DNA from: Anaerolineales bacterium
GTDB lineage: Bacteria > Chloroflexota > Anaerolineae > Anaerolineales > UBA4823
DNA length: 64,000 nt
NCBI GenBank assembly: GCA_020060465.1
Contig: JAGVAD010000015.1
Coordinates: forward strand, 56,150-120,149
Direction of reading: 5' to 3'
Shown: piece after piece, positions 37,642 to 47,511 of the stretch
Layout: each line of letters opens with the position of its first letter
How positions within the stretch are numbered: position 1 is the stretch's first letter
Made by a program: the position numbers and the translations under genes
The notes under the pieces: generated by a model
The model's input: only the letters and a program-made list of their open reading frames with translations
Database searches by the model: none
What the model was told of the DNA's origin: nothing

Positions 37642-38895
37642 ATGCCTACACAAGTCATCATGCCTCAACTCGGCGAATCGGTGATTGAGGGGACGATTAC
37701 CCGCTGGCTCAAATCCGTCGGCGACCCGGTGGAAGAGTACGAGCCCCTGGTAGAAATCAACACCGATAAGGTGGACACGGAAGTGCCCAGCCCGGCGTCT
37801 GGCGTGATTCTGGAAATTCTGGTGCCCGAAGGCGTGACGGTTCAGGCAGGTAAGCCTTTGGCGGTGATTGGCCAGGCTGGCGAGGTGGTGAGCGCGCCGC
37901 AGATCAGCGGCGAGAGAGCGCAACCCGCGCAGTCCGCTGAATCTCCAGCGACAACAACCGCGGCGCCGTCCCCGCGCCGCGACCTGGGATTTATCTCGCC
38001 CGTGGTGGCAAAGATCGCCAGCGAACATCAAATTGATCTATCCCAGGTCGTGGGGACCGGTCAGGGAGGACGGATCACCAAGAAGGATGTGCTCAACTAT
38101 CTCGAGCAGCGCAGCAAAAAACCCCCGGTCCTTGCGCCTGTAGCGGCGCCCCAAGTTTCCTCCACCACGCCAGCCGTTGCGCCGCCAGCCGTTATGCCCG
38201 GAGAAGAGGAAATTCTACCCCTCACCGCAGTGCGCCGCTCGATTGCCGAACACATGGTACATAGCAAGCATACCTCGCCGCATGTTACCACCATCATGGA
38301 GGCGGATCTAAGTCGGATCATGGCGCATCGCCAGGCCAATAAAGACGCCTTTGCGAAAGACGGCGTCAATCTGACCTTCACCGCATATTTTGTGACTGCG
38401 GCGGTGGCAGCATTGAAGGCTTATCCGATTGTAAATTCCTCCTGGACAGACAACGGCATTCGCCTGCACCGCGCCATCCATATCGGCGTCGCCGCCTCGC
38501 TGGGCGAAGCAGGGCTGATCGTGCCAGTGATCAAGAACGCCGACAGGTTATCTTTGCTGGGGCTGGCGCGCCTCATTAACGACCTGGCGCAACGCGCCCG
38601 TTCCAAACAACTCAAGCCCGACGAAGTGCAAGGCGGCACCTTCACCATCACCAACCACGGCGTGACCGGTTCGCTATTTGCCACGCCAATCATTAACCAG
38701 CCGCAATGCGCCATTTTGGGAGTGGGAAAGATCCAGAAACGCGTGGTGGTGGTGAGCGATGCGGTCGGCAATGACAGCATTGCCATTCGCCCGATGGTTT
38801 ATCTGGGGTTGACCTTTGACCATCGTATTTTGGACGGCGCGATCGCGGATAATTTTTTGGGAAAGGTCGTAGAAACGTTGCAAAATTGGGTTTAA
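37642..38895 (+). CDS. 2-oxoacid dehydrogenase E2, dihydrolipoamide acyltransferase
   Basis: Lipoyl domain (TDKV), E3-binding domain (GTGQGGRITKKD), catalytic DHRILDG. Confidence 0.95.
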   Translation: MPTQVIMPQLGESVIEGTITRWLKSVGDPVEEYEPLVEINTDKVDTEVPSPASGVILEILVPEGVTVQAGKPLAVIGQAGEVVSAPQISGERAQPAQSAESPATTTAAPSPRRDLGFISPVVAKIASEHQIDLSQVVGTGQGGRITKKDVLNYLEQRSKKPPVLAPVAAPQVSSTTPAVAPPAVMPGEEEILPLTAVRRSIAEHMVHSKHTSPHVTTIMEADLSRIMAHRQANKDAFAKDGVNLTFTAYFVTAAVAALKAYPIVNSSWTDNGIRLHRAIHIGVAASLGEAGLIVPVIKNADRLSLLGLARLINDLAQRARSKQLKPDEVQGGTFTITNHGVTGSLFATPIINQPQCAILGVGKIQKRVVVVSDAVGNDSIAIRPMVYLGLTFDHRILDGAIADNFLGKVVETLQNWV

Positions 38896-39072
38896 CGCAT
38901 TGAATTGGCGCGCACAGAGGCGGAATTTCTGCAGATCGAGCGCGCAATCGTCGGATAAACAGGAATTTTGTCCCATTCGAGCCGCTGTCCAACGAACAAA
39001 ATTGCTGAATGAATTATAATGTTGCAAAACCAATGGATAAATTGATCATTGCTCTACAACACAGGAGATCCC

Positions 39073-40470
39073 ATGAGTGAATATGATGTCATCGTAATCG
39101 GCGCTGGGCCAGGCGGCTATGTTTGCGCCATCCGCGCTGCCCAGCTTGGACTGAAGACCGCGATCATTGAGAAACAATGGCTGGGCGGCGTTTGTCTGAA
39201 CGTTGGCTGCATCCCGTCTAAGGCGTTGTTAAAGAACGCCGAAGTCGCCCACACATTGCGCGAACGGGCGAAAGAATTCGGCTTTTCCTTCGAGAATTTA
39301 AAACTGGATTACAGCGTGGCGGTCAAACGCAGCCGCCAGGTATCCGACCGCCTGGTCAAGGGCGTGGGTTTTCTGATGAAGAAAAACGCCATTGATATAT
39401 ATAACGGCGTCGCCAAAGTTACCGGGCGCAACAGCGTGGCGGTGACTGATAAAGACGGCAAAGAGACCGAATTGAAAACCAAAAACATCGTCATAGCGAC
39501 TGGGGCCAGCGTGGCTGTGCCGCCGGGCTGGCAGATTGACGGAGAGAAGATCGTCACTTACCTGGAGGCGATCTTGCAAGAGAAACTGCCCAAGTCGGCG
39601 GTGATTATTGGGGCGGGCGCCATCGGAGTAGAGTTCGCCACGGTGTGGAATTCCTATGGCGTCGAGGTGACAATCGTCGAGATGCTGCCCCGCCTGCTCC
39701 CGTTGGAGGATAGCGAGGTCAGCGATGAACTGGCGAAGGCTTTCAAAAAGCGCAAGATCAATGTTTTAGTTGGCCACCGCGTCCAGGAAATCCAGGCGAC
39801 CGAGGCCGGGGCGCTGGTGAAGGTTGCCAATGAGCAAGGCGAAAAGACCATCGAGGCGGAGCAAGCGCTGGTGGCGATTGGTTTCCGGCCCAATGGACGC
39901 GGCTTGGGGTTGGAAGAGATCGGGGTCAAGCTCAGCGAGCGCGGCGCAGTGGAAATTGACGAGCGCATGGCGACCAATGTCCCAGGCATCTGGGCGATTG
40001 GCGATGTAACCGCCAAACTCATGCTGGCGCATGTTGGCTCGGCTCAAGGAATCATCTGCGCTGAAAATATCGCTGGCGTGGAAACCACCACACTGGATTA
40101 TGAAATGATGCCCCGCGCCACATATTGCCAGCCTCAGGTCGCTTCTTTTGGTTTGACCGAAGCCCAGGCCAGAGAGCGCGGCTACGAGATCAAGATTGGC
40201 CGTTTCCCCTACCAGGCAAACGGCAAGGCGCTTGGCATGGGCGAGTCGGCGGGCTGGGTGAAGATCATCACCGACGCCAAATATGGCGAAATCCTGGGCG
40301 CTCATCTGATTGGGCCGGAGGTGACTGAATTGCTGCCAGAACTGACCCTGGCTCAGATGATGGAATTGACCCCGGCGGAGATCGCCCGCAACGTTCATGC
40401 CCATCCCACGCTGAGCGAAGCGATTATGGAAGCAGCTCACAGCGCAGAAGGGCATGCCATCAACATCTGA
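39073..40470 (+). CDS. lpdA: Dihydrolipoyl dehydrogenase (E3)
   Basis: [33 protein letters not shown]. Start ATG 39073 with AGGAG. Confidence 0.97.
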   Translation: MSEYDVIVIGAGPGGYVCAIRAAQLGLKTAIIEKQWLGGVCLNVGCIPSKALLKNAEVAHTLRERAKEFGFSFENLKLDYSVAVKRSRQVSDRLVKGVGFLMKKNAIDIYNGVAKVTGRNSVAVTDKDGKETELKTKNIVIATGASVAVPPGWQIDGEKIVTYLEAILQEKLPKSAVIIGAGAIGVEFATVWNSYGVEVTIVEMLPRLLPLEDSEVSDELAKAFKKRKINVLVGHRVQEIQATEAGALVKVANEQGEKTIEAEQALVAIGFRPNGRGLGLEEIGVKLSERGAVEIDERMATNVPGIWAIGDVTAKLMLAHVGSAQGIICAENIAGVETTTLDYEMMPRATYCQPQVASFGLTEAQARERGYEIKIGRFPYQANGKALGMGESAGWVKIITDAKYGEILGAHLIGPEVTELLPELTLAQMMELTPAEIARNVHAHPTLSEAIMEAAHSAEGHAINI

Positions 40471-40544
40471 AGCAACGCGCCGTCAGGTCTTTCACAGAGG
40501 TGGCGATAGGTTTCGCAGGCCAGGGCGCCAGACCGGATTGAAAG

Positions 40545-42359
40545 ATGGCTGATAAAAAGCTCGATAGGCTCCTGGCTGAAGCCGAAAAAGCTTACGAAAA
40601 GCGGGACAAACGCAAAGGGGCCAAATTAATTGATGAAATCCTGCGCCAGGATTACAACTACCCTGGCGTCTGGCAGTTGCTTTACCGTCTATTCGGCAGC
40701 GGACGGGGATTTGCAGAATTTCAGCGCTCGTTCACCCTGCAATATTATCCAGATCAATTGCACCAACTGCGCAAGCTTGCCGAGACGCCAGCGGCGACGC
40801 CACCGCCGCCGGAGAAGAAGCCCTCGCTTTTGGCGCGCATTTTTCGGCGCAAAAAAACCCCTGCGGCGAGGGTTGCGCCAGAACTTGAAACGGGAACCGG
40901 CGCTGAAGTTCAGCCCCTCAACGCCCAGGCAACCGCTGAGGCAACCCAAACTGCCGTCGCCCGACAATCCGCGACAGCCCTGGCGCCGCCGTTGGTAGAA
41001 CGTCCTGCGCCCACTGCGCCAGCCAGACCGCCCGCCATTCCCGGCGCAGGAAGGACGCCGGCAGCCGCTCCCCCGCCCGCCGATGCCGCTGAATTGCAGC
41101 GCGCGGCGCGTTCGGTCGCGGCCCTTCGCCGCGCAGAAGCCTCCAGCGGGCGAGAGAAAATCCATGTGGTCGTTGTGGATGATATTCCCCAAACTCGCGA
41201 GACGGTGATCCGCACCCTGCGCTTTCAAGAAGATATCGAAGTAGATGGCACTGCCACCAACGGCGTGCAGGCGATCCATTTGGTGCGCGAATTACAACCG
41301 GATGTGGTCATCATGGATGTGAACATGCCGGATATGGACGGCATCGCGGCCACCGAAATCATCAAGCGCGAGGTGCCACACACCCAGATCATTATCCTCA
41401 CCGTGCAAGATGATGTGGATTACATTCGCCGGGCGATGAATGCCGGAGCGCGCGACTTTCTGGCAAAACCCCCGGTGATTGAAGAACTGGTCGCCGCGGT
41501 GCAGCGGGCGGCGAACCTCGCCCGACAGGAGCGGGAGAAGATTCCGCCGCCGGGAGCGATCTCTCCCAGCGCGCCGGCGGCGTTGGCAGGGAAGGGGAAG
41601 ATCATCTCCGTTTATAGCCCGCGCGGCGGTGCTGGCTGCACCACCTTGGCTTGTAATCTGGCGGCGGCTTTGTATAACCCAGACACGCCCGTAACGGTGG
41701 TGGACGGCAATCTGCAATTCGGGGATGTGGAAGTCTTTTTCAATGTTCAAAGCCGCTCAACGATCCTTGACCTTGCGCCGCGCGTGGATGTGATGGATCT
41801 GGAGCTGGTCGAAGAAGTGTTGACCGTGCATCCTTCAGGCATCAAATTCCTCTCCCCTTCCCGCCCCGAACGCTCAGAGCTGGTCACCGGGCCGCAATTC
41901 AGCCAGATTTTGAATTTCATCAGCCAATATTACCCTTACGTCATTGTTGACGCCAGCCATCGCTTGACCGACGTGACACTGGCGGCTCTGGACACCAGTG
42001 ACATAATCCTGTTGGTGACCACTCAGGATATCCCCTCAATTGCCCGCACACGCAAATTCCTGGATCTGATGCCTCTGCTGGGCATAGACGCCAAACGAGT
42101 GTTGATTGTGATGAATCAATTCGACCAGCGCGTGGGAATTGACGTTGAAAAGGTCAATCAAGCTTTCCATCGTAAAGTCGCCGCCGTCTTACCGCTTTCC
42201 AGCGAAGTCGTCATTCCCTCCATCAACCGCGGCGCGCCGTTCATGCTGAACAAAGAAATGGTCGCCCGCCCGATTGGACGTGCCTTTCTCAGCATGGTGG
42301 AGGCGTTGCGCAAACAGTTGGTGGAGCTGGATCAAGCAGTCGCTGTTTCAACCAAGTAA
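40545..42359 (+). CDS. CpaE/TadZ-like receiver plus MinD/ParA-type ATPase, with N-terminal helical domain and Pro/Ala linker
   Basis: REC (VVDD, MDVNMP, KP), deviant Walker A SPRGGAGCTT, DGNLQFGD, INRGAPF. Confidence 0.82.
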   Translation: MADKKLDRLLAEAEKAYEKRDKRKGAKLIDEILRQDYNYPGVWQLLYRLFGSGRGFAEFQRSFTLQYYPDQLHQLRKLAETPAATPPPPEKKPSLLARIFRRKKTPAARVAPELETGTGAEVQPLNAQATAEATQTAVARQSATALAPPLVERPAPTAPARPPAIPGAGRTPAAAPPPADAAELQRAARSVAALRRAEASSGREKIHVVVVDDIPQTRETVIRTLRFQEDIEVDGTATNGVQAIHLVRELQPDVVIMDVNMPDMDGIAATEIIKREVPHTQIIILTVQDDVDYIRRAMNAGARDFLAKPPVIEELVAAVQRAANLARQEREKIPPPGAISPSAPAALAGKGKIISVYSPRGGAGCTTLACNLAAALYNPDTPVTVVDGNLQFGDVEVFFNVQSRSTILDLAPRVDVMDLELVEEVLTVHPSGIKFLSPSRPERSELVTGPQFSQILNFISQYYPYVIVDASHRLTDVTLAALDTSDIILLVTTQDIPSIARTRKFLDLMPLLGIDAKRVLIVMNQFDQRVGIDVEKVNQAFHRKVAAVLPLSSEVVIPSINRGAPFMLNKEMVARPIGRAFLSMVEALRKQLVELDQAVAVSTK

Positions 42360-42379
42360 GCCAGCCATCTTATCCCCCT

Positions 42380-43567
42380 TTATCCACTTGCAATGATCTG
42401 TTGGTAAAACTGCCTTGCCTGCGCCATCACGCGTTCATAGGCGGCGCGCTGCGCCACCAGGCGCAGATTGATTTCACGAGCGCGAGCGCACAGATCATCA
42501 TCTTGCAGAGCTTGCAAAATGGCCTGCGCCAGCGGCTCTGGCTCATTCAGCGCCGTCAGCAAGCCGTTTTCGCCGGGCGTAATCCATTCGCGCACCGATT
42601 CCAGGTCGCCGGCCACCGGCACGCATCCGCAGGCCATCGCCTCCAACAATGTGTTTGGCGTCCCGTCGTGGGTGGTAGGGGAGATCACCACGCGCGCCCT
42701 GCGAAACAGATCGGCCATCTGCGCCCGTGTCTGGCGCGGCAGAAGTTCAACCGCCCGTTGAAGTCCTAATTCTCGTACCCAGGCCAGGATTTGCGGCTCG
42801 TCTGCCATGTTGGGGCAAATGAAAAGCGCCTGTGGGCAGCTTTGCAACACCAATGGAATGGCTTGGAAGAAGATCCGATTCTGGACATAGGCGCGCACGC
42901 CGCGCGGCTGAACTGCCAACGGCGCTTGAATAATCTCCTCCGGTGGGGTAAAAAGCTCCGTTTGCACCCCACCCGCCCCCGGTAAAACGAACGCCAGTCG
43001 CTCGGCGGGAAAACCCCATTCCCGCGCCAGTCGCACATCCCGGCGACAATCCGCATGTAAGGCGGCGGCGCGCGACAGGGTCAGGTGGGTATAATGGCGC
43101 ATCAACCGTGTGGAAGGAGCGTGCAGTGTGAAATCATTGCCCCACACAGAAAGCAGGAGCGGCGGCGTTGCCCTTGCTAGCGCTGCCAGCATCCCTTCAT
43201 ACGGAATGCGCATGGCGTGCACCAGGTCGGGGGAGATGGCGTCAATGTGGGCGCGCAGACGGCGGGCGGCTGCTGGCAGGGTCAAAGGTCCCAGCCGCTG
43301 GCGCAGCGCAGTGCGTAAACCAACTGCTGCGTCGCTCCAGATGCCTTTCGAGAGAACGAGGTTCGCCGCCCGGTTACCTGGTGAAGACTTGTGTTGCTTC
43401 AGACCGCTGAACGCTGCCGGCAAGAACGTGTAAGAAGCCAGCCGCGGATCGGGTATGCTATCGAATGTAGAGACCAGATGCACCTCATCGCCGCTGGACA
43501 AAAAATATTCGATCCAGTTCAAGGCAATGGGCGAACGGCCGTCGGCGACAAACAATAAGCGCATCAC
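42380..43567 (-). CDS. Glycosyltransferase family 4
   Basis: DGTPNTLLEAMACG, ITPGENG. Confidence 0.88.
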   Translation of the reverse strand: MMRLLFVADGRSPIALNWIEYFLSSGDEVHLVSTFDSIPDPRLASYTFLPAAFSGLKQHKSSPGNRAANLVLSKGIWSDAAVGLRTALRQRLGPLTLPAAARRLRAHIDAISPDLVHAMRIPYEGMLAALARATPPLLLSVWGNDFTLHAPSTRLMRHYTHLTLSRAAALHADCRRDVRLAREWGFPAERLAFVLPGAGGVQTELFTPPEEIIQAPLAVQPRGVRAYVQNRIFFQAIPLVLQSCPQALFICPNMADEPQILAWVRELGLQRAVELLPRQTRAQMADLFRRARVVISPTTHDGTPNTLLEAMACGCVPVAGDLESVREWITPGENGLLTALNEPEPLAQAILQALQDDDLCARAREINLRLVAQRAAYERVMAQARQFYQQIIASG

Positions 43568-43573
43568 TACGGT

Positions 43574-44731
43574 TTAGACCCCAGAGCGAACGCTTGCCAG
43601 AGCGCGTAAAAATTGCGCCGCCATGTTCTCGATATTTGCTTCTTGGACAGCAATGCGGTAAGACTCTGCGCCCATGCTGCGCAGGCGCTCCGGCGCAGAG
43701 AGCGCCTGAAGCAACACGGCCTGTAGGGCTGGCAGATCGTTTGGTGGGATGAGCCAGCCATTCTGTGGGCGCACCAGGTCGTTCTGCGTGCCGTCTCCCT
43801 GGGCGACAATCACGGGCAAGCCATAGGACATGGCTTGCTGCACCGCCAATCCGCCGCTGCCAGGCAAGACGAATAGATCTGCAGCAACGAAATAACTTTC
43901 CAATTCATTGCCATAGCGAGCGCCGGTAAATTCAGCCTGTGGATAAACCTGACGCGCCAACGTTTCCAGCGCGGCGCGAGCAGGACCGTCACCTACGATA
44001 ACCAGGCGCGGCTGCACTTCGGGTGGTAAGGCAGCGCAAGCGTACAGCAAATGATCAATGCGCTTACGCTCTTGCAACCTCCCCACATACAGCGCTGTAA
44101 GCCGACGGTCATCATTTGCGCTGCGCCGCAGAGGTGGCCTTTCTGGCGGAGGAGATAGAGGGCGCGCGGCGACCGCGTTGGGAGCGACAAACACCCGCTG
44201 CGGCGGAAAACCTGATTGGATGTATTCTTGCGCGCCCCGTTGACTGTAGGCGATCAGACCGTCCAGAGATTTTAGGAAATTCCAGCGCGCCCGCCGACGC
44301 CAGGCGGCCAACGGCCCGTACAGAGGCGGCGCTCCCAGCCCCCAGCCAAGCACAGGACGGTTGCGCGCATGCATCCAACGCACCGCGGCCGGCGTGCTGC
44401 GATAGCGCGGGTTGGCTTCCACGATTAAAGCATCCGGCTGCCAGGCCTCCAGCCATTCGATCAACCCGAATTGCCAGCATTGATAAAACGGCGAATTCAC
44501 ATTTAGAAAATGGCGGTTGCGCGCAGATACATACTGGGCTTTCTCCAGCCGCTCAATGCGGGGGATCTGCTCATCCGGGCGCGGCTCACCGGCAAAGACG
44601 CTCAGACCGCCGCTGCAAGACTGAGCCAACAGGTCGAAAAATGGGGCGCGATAGGCGGGCAATACTCGTTGTTGAATGCCCAAACGTCCAATAAAAGGCG
44701 GCGGCGTGATCTGATCCATGAGATAAACCAT
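43574..44731 (-). CDS. Glycosyltransferase family 4
   Basis: YVGRLQERK, ADLFVLPG..GLAVQQAMSYGLPVI. Confidence 0.88.
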   Translation of the reverse strand: MVYLMDQITPPPFIGRLGIQQRVLPAYRAPFFDLLAQSCSGGLSVFAGEPRPDEQIPRIERLEKAQYVSARNRHFLNVNSPFYQCWQFGLIEWLEAWQPDALIVEANPRYRSTPAAVRWMHARNRPVLGWGLGAPPLYGPLAAWRRRARWNFLKSLDGLIAYSQRGAQEYIQSGFPPQRVFVAPNAVAARPLSPPPERPPLRRSANDDRRLTALYVGRLQERKRIDHLLYACAALPPEVQPRLVIVGDGPARAALETLARQVYPQAEFTGARYGNELESYFVAADLFVLPGSGGLAVQQAMSYGLPVIVAQGDGTQNDLVRPQNGWLIPPNDLPALQAVLLQALSAPERLRSMGAESYRIAVQEANIENMAAQFLRALASVRSGV

Positions 44732-44735
44732 AGTC

Positions 44736-45614
44736 TCAATGCTGTGGATCGTGCGTTGGCAGACCCACCAGATAAGCTTTCCAATCCAGCGTCTTCAACG
44801 AGGCGACGGGGGGAAAGTTGGGGCGCATCTGGCACAGGCGATAACCGACCTCTGTCAATAGCTCCCAGGCGACCTGGGCGGATTGCGGCCCGTGCAATTC
44901 CAGCAATAGTATGGGACGCGCTTCCATCAAGAGCCGCTTCATCCCCGGCAAAGCCAGCGTCTCGCCGCCCTCGATGTCCATCTTGACGAGATGCGGCAAA
45001 GGATGCCCCTGCTGATAGACAAACGCATCCAGGCTGACGCCGTGGACGATCAGGCTTTCTCCATAAATATCCCCTTGACGGCCGGCGGAGCCCTCGACCT
45101 TCCCCATCTCATTCGAGGGGCCAACCAGGAATTGCACCGGGCGTTCGGCGTCTGCCACGGCTGCCGGGATGATCTCCACGACGCCCAGTTTTCCGTTCAA
45201 ATCCAGGTTCAGGCGCAAGCGTTCCAGGTTGGCTGGCAGCGCCTCAAAAGCGAACACACGCCCGCCGTCACCCACACGGCGCGCCAGCAACAGGCTGATA
45301 TAGCCGATGTTTGCGCCCACGTCATAGGCGATCATCCCCGGTTCAAGCAATGCTTCCAGCGCAGCTTGCAGCTCCGGCTCGTAAGTACCCAGCCAGTAAT
45401 CCTTCTCGCTTTGCAGATCGAGTTGCATTCGAAAACCGGCCAAACCACCTGCTGCCACTTCCACAACGGTCAACCCCTGGGGCGCGGCGCGGTTCAGGCT
45501 GCGCCGGATCAGGTCTGCCAGCGGCCGCGCCTGATATAACCGTTGTTTTAGCGAGACGGGCAAGATGCGCGCTGCCCAACTCGCCAACGAGAGCAAGGAG
45601 CGTGAAAAGCTCAA
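44736..45614 (-). CDS. FkbM-family SAM-dependent methyltransferase
   Basis: YDVGANIG, FAFE, KMDIEGGE, LELH. Confidence 0.9.
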   Translation of the reverse strand: MSFSRSLLSLASWAARILPVSLKQRLYQARPLADLIRRSLNRAAPQGLTVVEVAAGGLAGFRMQLDLQSEKDYWLGTYEPELQAALEALLEPGMIAYDVGANIGYISLLLARRVGDGGRVFAFEALPANLERLRLNLDLNGKLGVVEIIPAAVADAERPVQFLVGPSNEMGKVEGSAGRQGDIYGESLIVHGVSLDAFVYQQGHPLPHLVKMDIEGGETLALPGMKRLLMEARPILLLELHGPQSAQVAWELLTEVGYRLCQMRPNFPPVASLKTLDWKAYLVGLPTHDPQH

Positions 45615-46696
45615 GCGTGCCCTCCCACCAATACATCCAGATAGGCTTCAATCATCCGATCCAAACCAAATACTTGCTCGGCGCGTTGCCGTGCGCCGCG
45701 GCGCAGGCCCTCACCCGCTTGAAGGATCTCTAAAGCGCCCCGTGCCAGGCTGTTCACATTGGGCGGTTCCAGCCTCCATGGGTCGCCGCCATAGGGGACG
45801 ATGCGGCCCGCGTCCGCGGTTACCATCTCTGGCAATGCGCCAGTGGCGAAAGACAGGACGGGCAGACCGCACGCCAGGGCTTCGATCACAGAGTTGGGGC
45901 AAGCAGCGTTGATGTCTGCTGAGTATAACAGGTGCGCCGAGCGATCCAGGGCAGGGATCTCCTGGCGGGCAACCAGCCCGGCCCAAACAAGCCGCGCTCG
46001 CGGAGCATGTTGCTGCAAATGCTGTTCCCAACGTTGCTGCAACTCGACCGGAACGCGACCGGCGACCAGCAACTCGACCGGGCGCGCCAGGTCAGCCGGG
46101 CTGGCGCGCATCTGCTCAGCGAGTTGCGCCGCCAGTTGGACAGCGGTTTGTAATCCCAGTTCATACCCGCCCATCAGGCTGCCTTCAACCACCAGGACGC
46201 GCCAGCAATCTTGGGGCGGCTGCTCCGCGCCCAACGGTGTGTATTGATCCAGGTCAACCCCATTATAGATCACGCTGCTGGAGGCGGGCGTCGGTCCGCA
46301 AGCGCGTTCCCACCAATCGCGCACGAACTTGCTCTGATAAATAATGTGAGTAGCCAGCCTGGAACGGATCAAGCGCAACACCAGGTTGCCGTATTCGGCG
46401 CGCAGATAATGGCGCACCCCGGCGCGGGCAATTCCTCGTCGGCGATGAAGCCAGTTCATTCCATCCAGCCGTTGAACAACCGGAATGCCTAGCTGACGTG
46501 CGCGGCGCAAGCTCCAAAAATGGCGCGTCCCGCCAATCACTAGCACTGCTCGATAATTCCACTCCGCCAGATCACAACATACCTCATAGCCGCGGGCGCT
46601 TAAACCGCTGACCAGCTTTTCACGAAATGTGACCATCCCCCCCACGCCAGATACGTGGGGTGTAATACAGATTTTACGAGCCTGAGCCGCGTCCAT
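45611..46696 (-). CDS. Glycosyltransferase family 4
   Basis: IYNGVDL, CPNSVIEALACGLPV, GALPE. Confidence 0.88.
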   Translation of the reverse strand: MDAAQARKICITPHVSGVGGMVTFREKLVSGLSARGYEVCCDLAEWNYRAVLVIGGTRHFWSLRRARQLGIPVVQRLDGMNWLHRRRGIARAGVRHYLRAEYGNLVLRLIRSRLATHIIYQSKFVRDWWERACGPTPASSSVIYNGVDLDQYTPLGAEQPPQDCWRVLVVEGSLMGGYELGLQTAVQLAAQLAEQMRASPADLARPVELLVAGRVPVELQQRWEQHLQQHAPRARLVWAGLVARQEIPALDRSAHLLYSADINAACPNSVIEALACGLPVLSFATGALPEMVTADAGRIVPYGGDPWRLEPPNVNSLARGALEILQAGEGLRRGARQRAEQVFGLDRMIEAYLDVLVGGHA

Positions 46697-46699
46697 CGC

Positions 46700-47143
46700 C
46701 TAGCGTTCCCGTTTCCCGATGCAACGCGCCGGCACGCCGGCCCAAATCTCCTCTTCGCCGGTTGATTCGAGAAGGACCGCGTTTGCGCCCACAATACTGC
46801 CACGGCGCACGCGCAGCACGCCTTCTTTGCACAATACTTTCGCGCCTGGCGATAGGATCACATCATCTTCAACCACAATCCCTTCAAATCGAGACTGCTC
46901 TATGGGGAGATGAATATCTGCCCGGCCCAACGTTACGCCGGGATAAATCTTCACCCGGTCGCCGATCGTCGCCCGTGGGTGGATGACCACGCCCACGCCG
47001 CCATGAGCAAGCTCGAAATCTCGACCAATAGCTACGCTGCGGGGGATCTCTACGCCTAATAATTTGAGCAGATAATAGGCAAGCTTCCCAAACAGCGGCA
47101 GGCTGCGGGCATAAACCAGGGTGGTGGGTAGATCACGCGCCAT
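46700..47143 (-). CDS. Short left-handed beta-helix O-acetyltransferase (serine acetyltransferase-like)
   Basis: Hexapeptide repeats, HGGVGVVIH, IVGANAV, WAGVPAR. Confidence 0.85.
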   Translation of the reverse strand: MARDLPTTLVYARSLPLFGKLAYYLLKLLGVEIPRSVAIGRDFELAHGGVGVVIHPRATIGDRVKIYPGVTLGRADIHLPIEQSRFEGIVVEDDVILSPGAKVLCKEGVLRVRRGSIVGANAVLLESTGEEEIWAGVPARCIGKRER

Positions 47144-47335
47144 ATACGGAGATGGACATGCGTTCAGCTCACGAAAATCTCATCCGATTATGCCACAAAC
47201 CAGCGTTCCTGGGAGCCTTTCCTATAGCTCGACAAAATTGTGATTGTTAGGGTGAATGATTGTTCGCCCTGAGGTAGCCTGTTTGCTGAGGCGTTAGCAG
47301 TTTGAAGTGCAATTGCCGGAACAAGGCAGGATGAC

Positions 47336-47363
47336 TTGACACAAACTTACCTATACGTATAAT
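47336..47363 (+). promoter_or_regulatory. Consensus sigma70 promoter of the peptide ABC operon
   Basis: TTGACA-N16-TATAAT. Confidence 0.8.
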
Positions 47364-47511
47364 GAGTAATCATCCTTAAGACCCACCGCGGTTTCGCAAC
47401 ACAATCGTACAGGTTTTCGAAAGGAGGTGGCGCCCTAAAAGTAGATATTGAAGCCACTCTGTCGAGTAACGAAATTGACGATCAAATTTTTCCTTACTAA
47501 GGAGGAGGACG

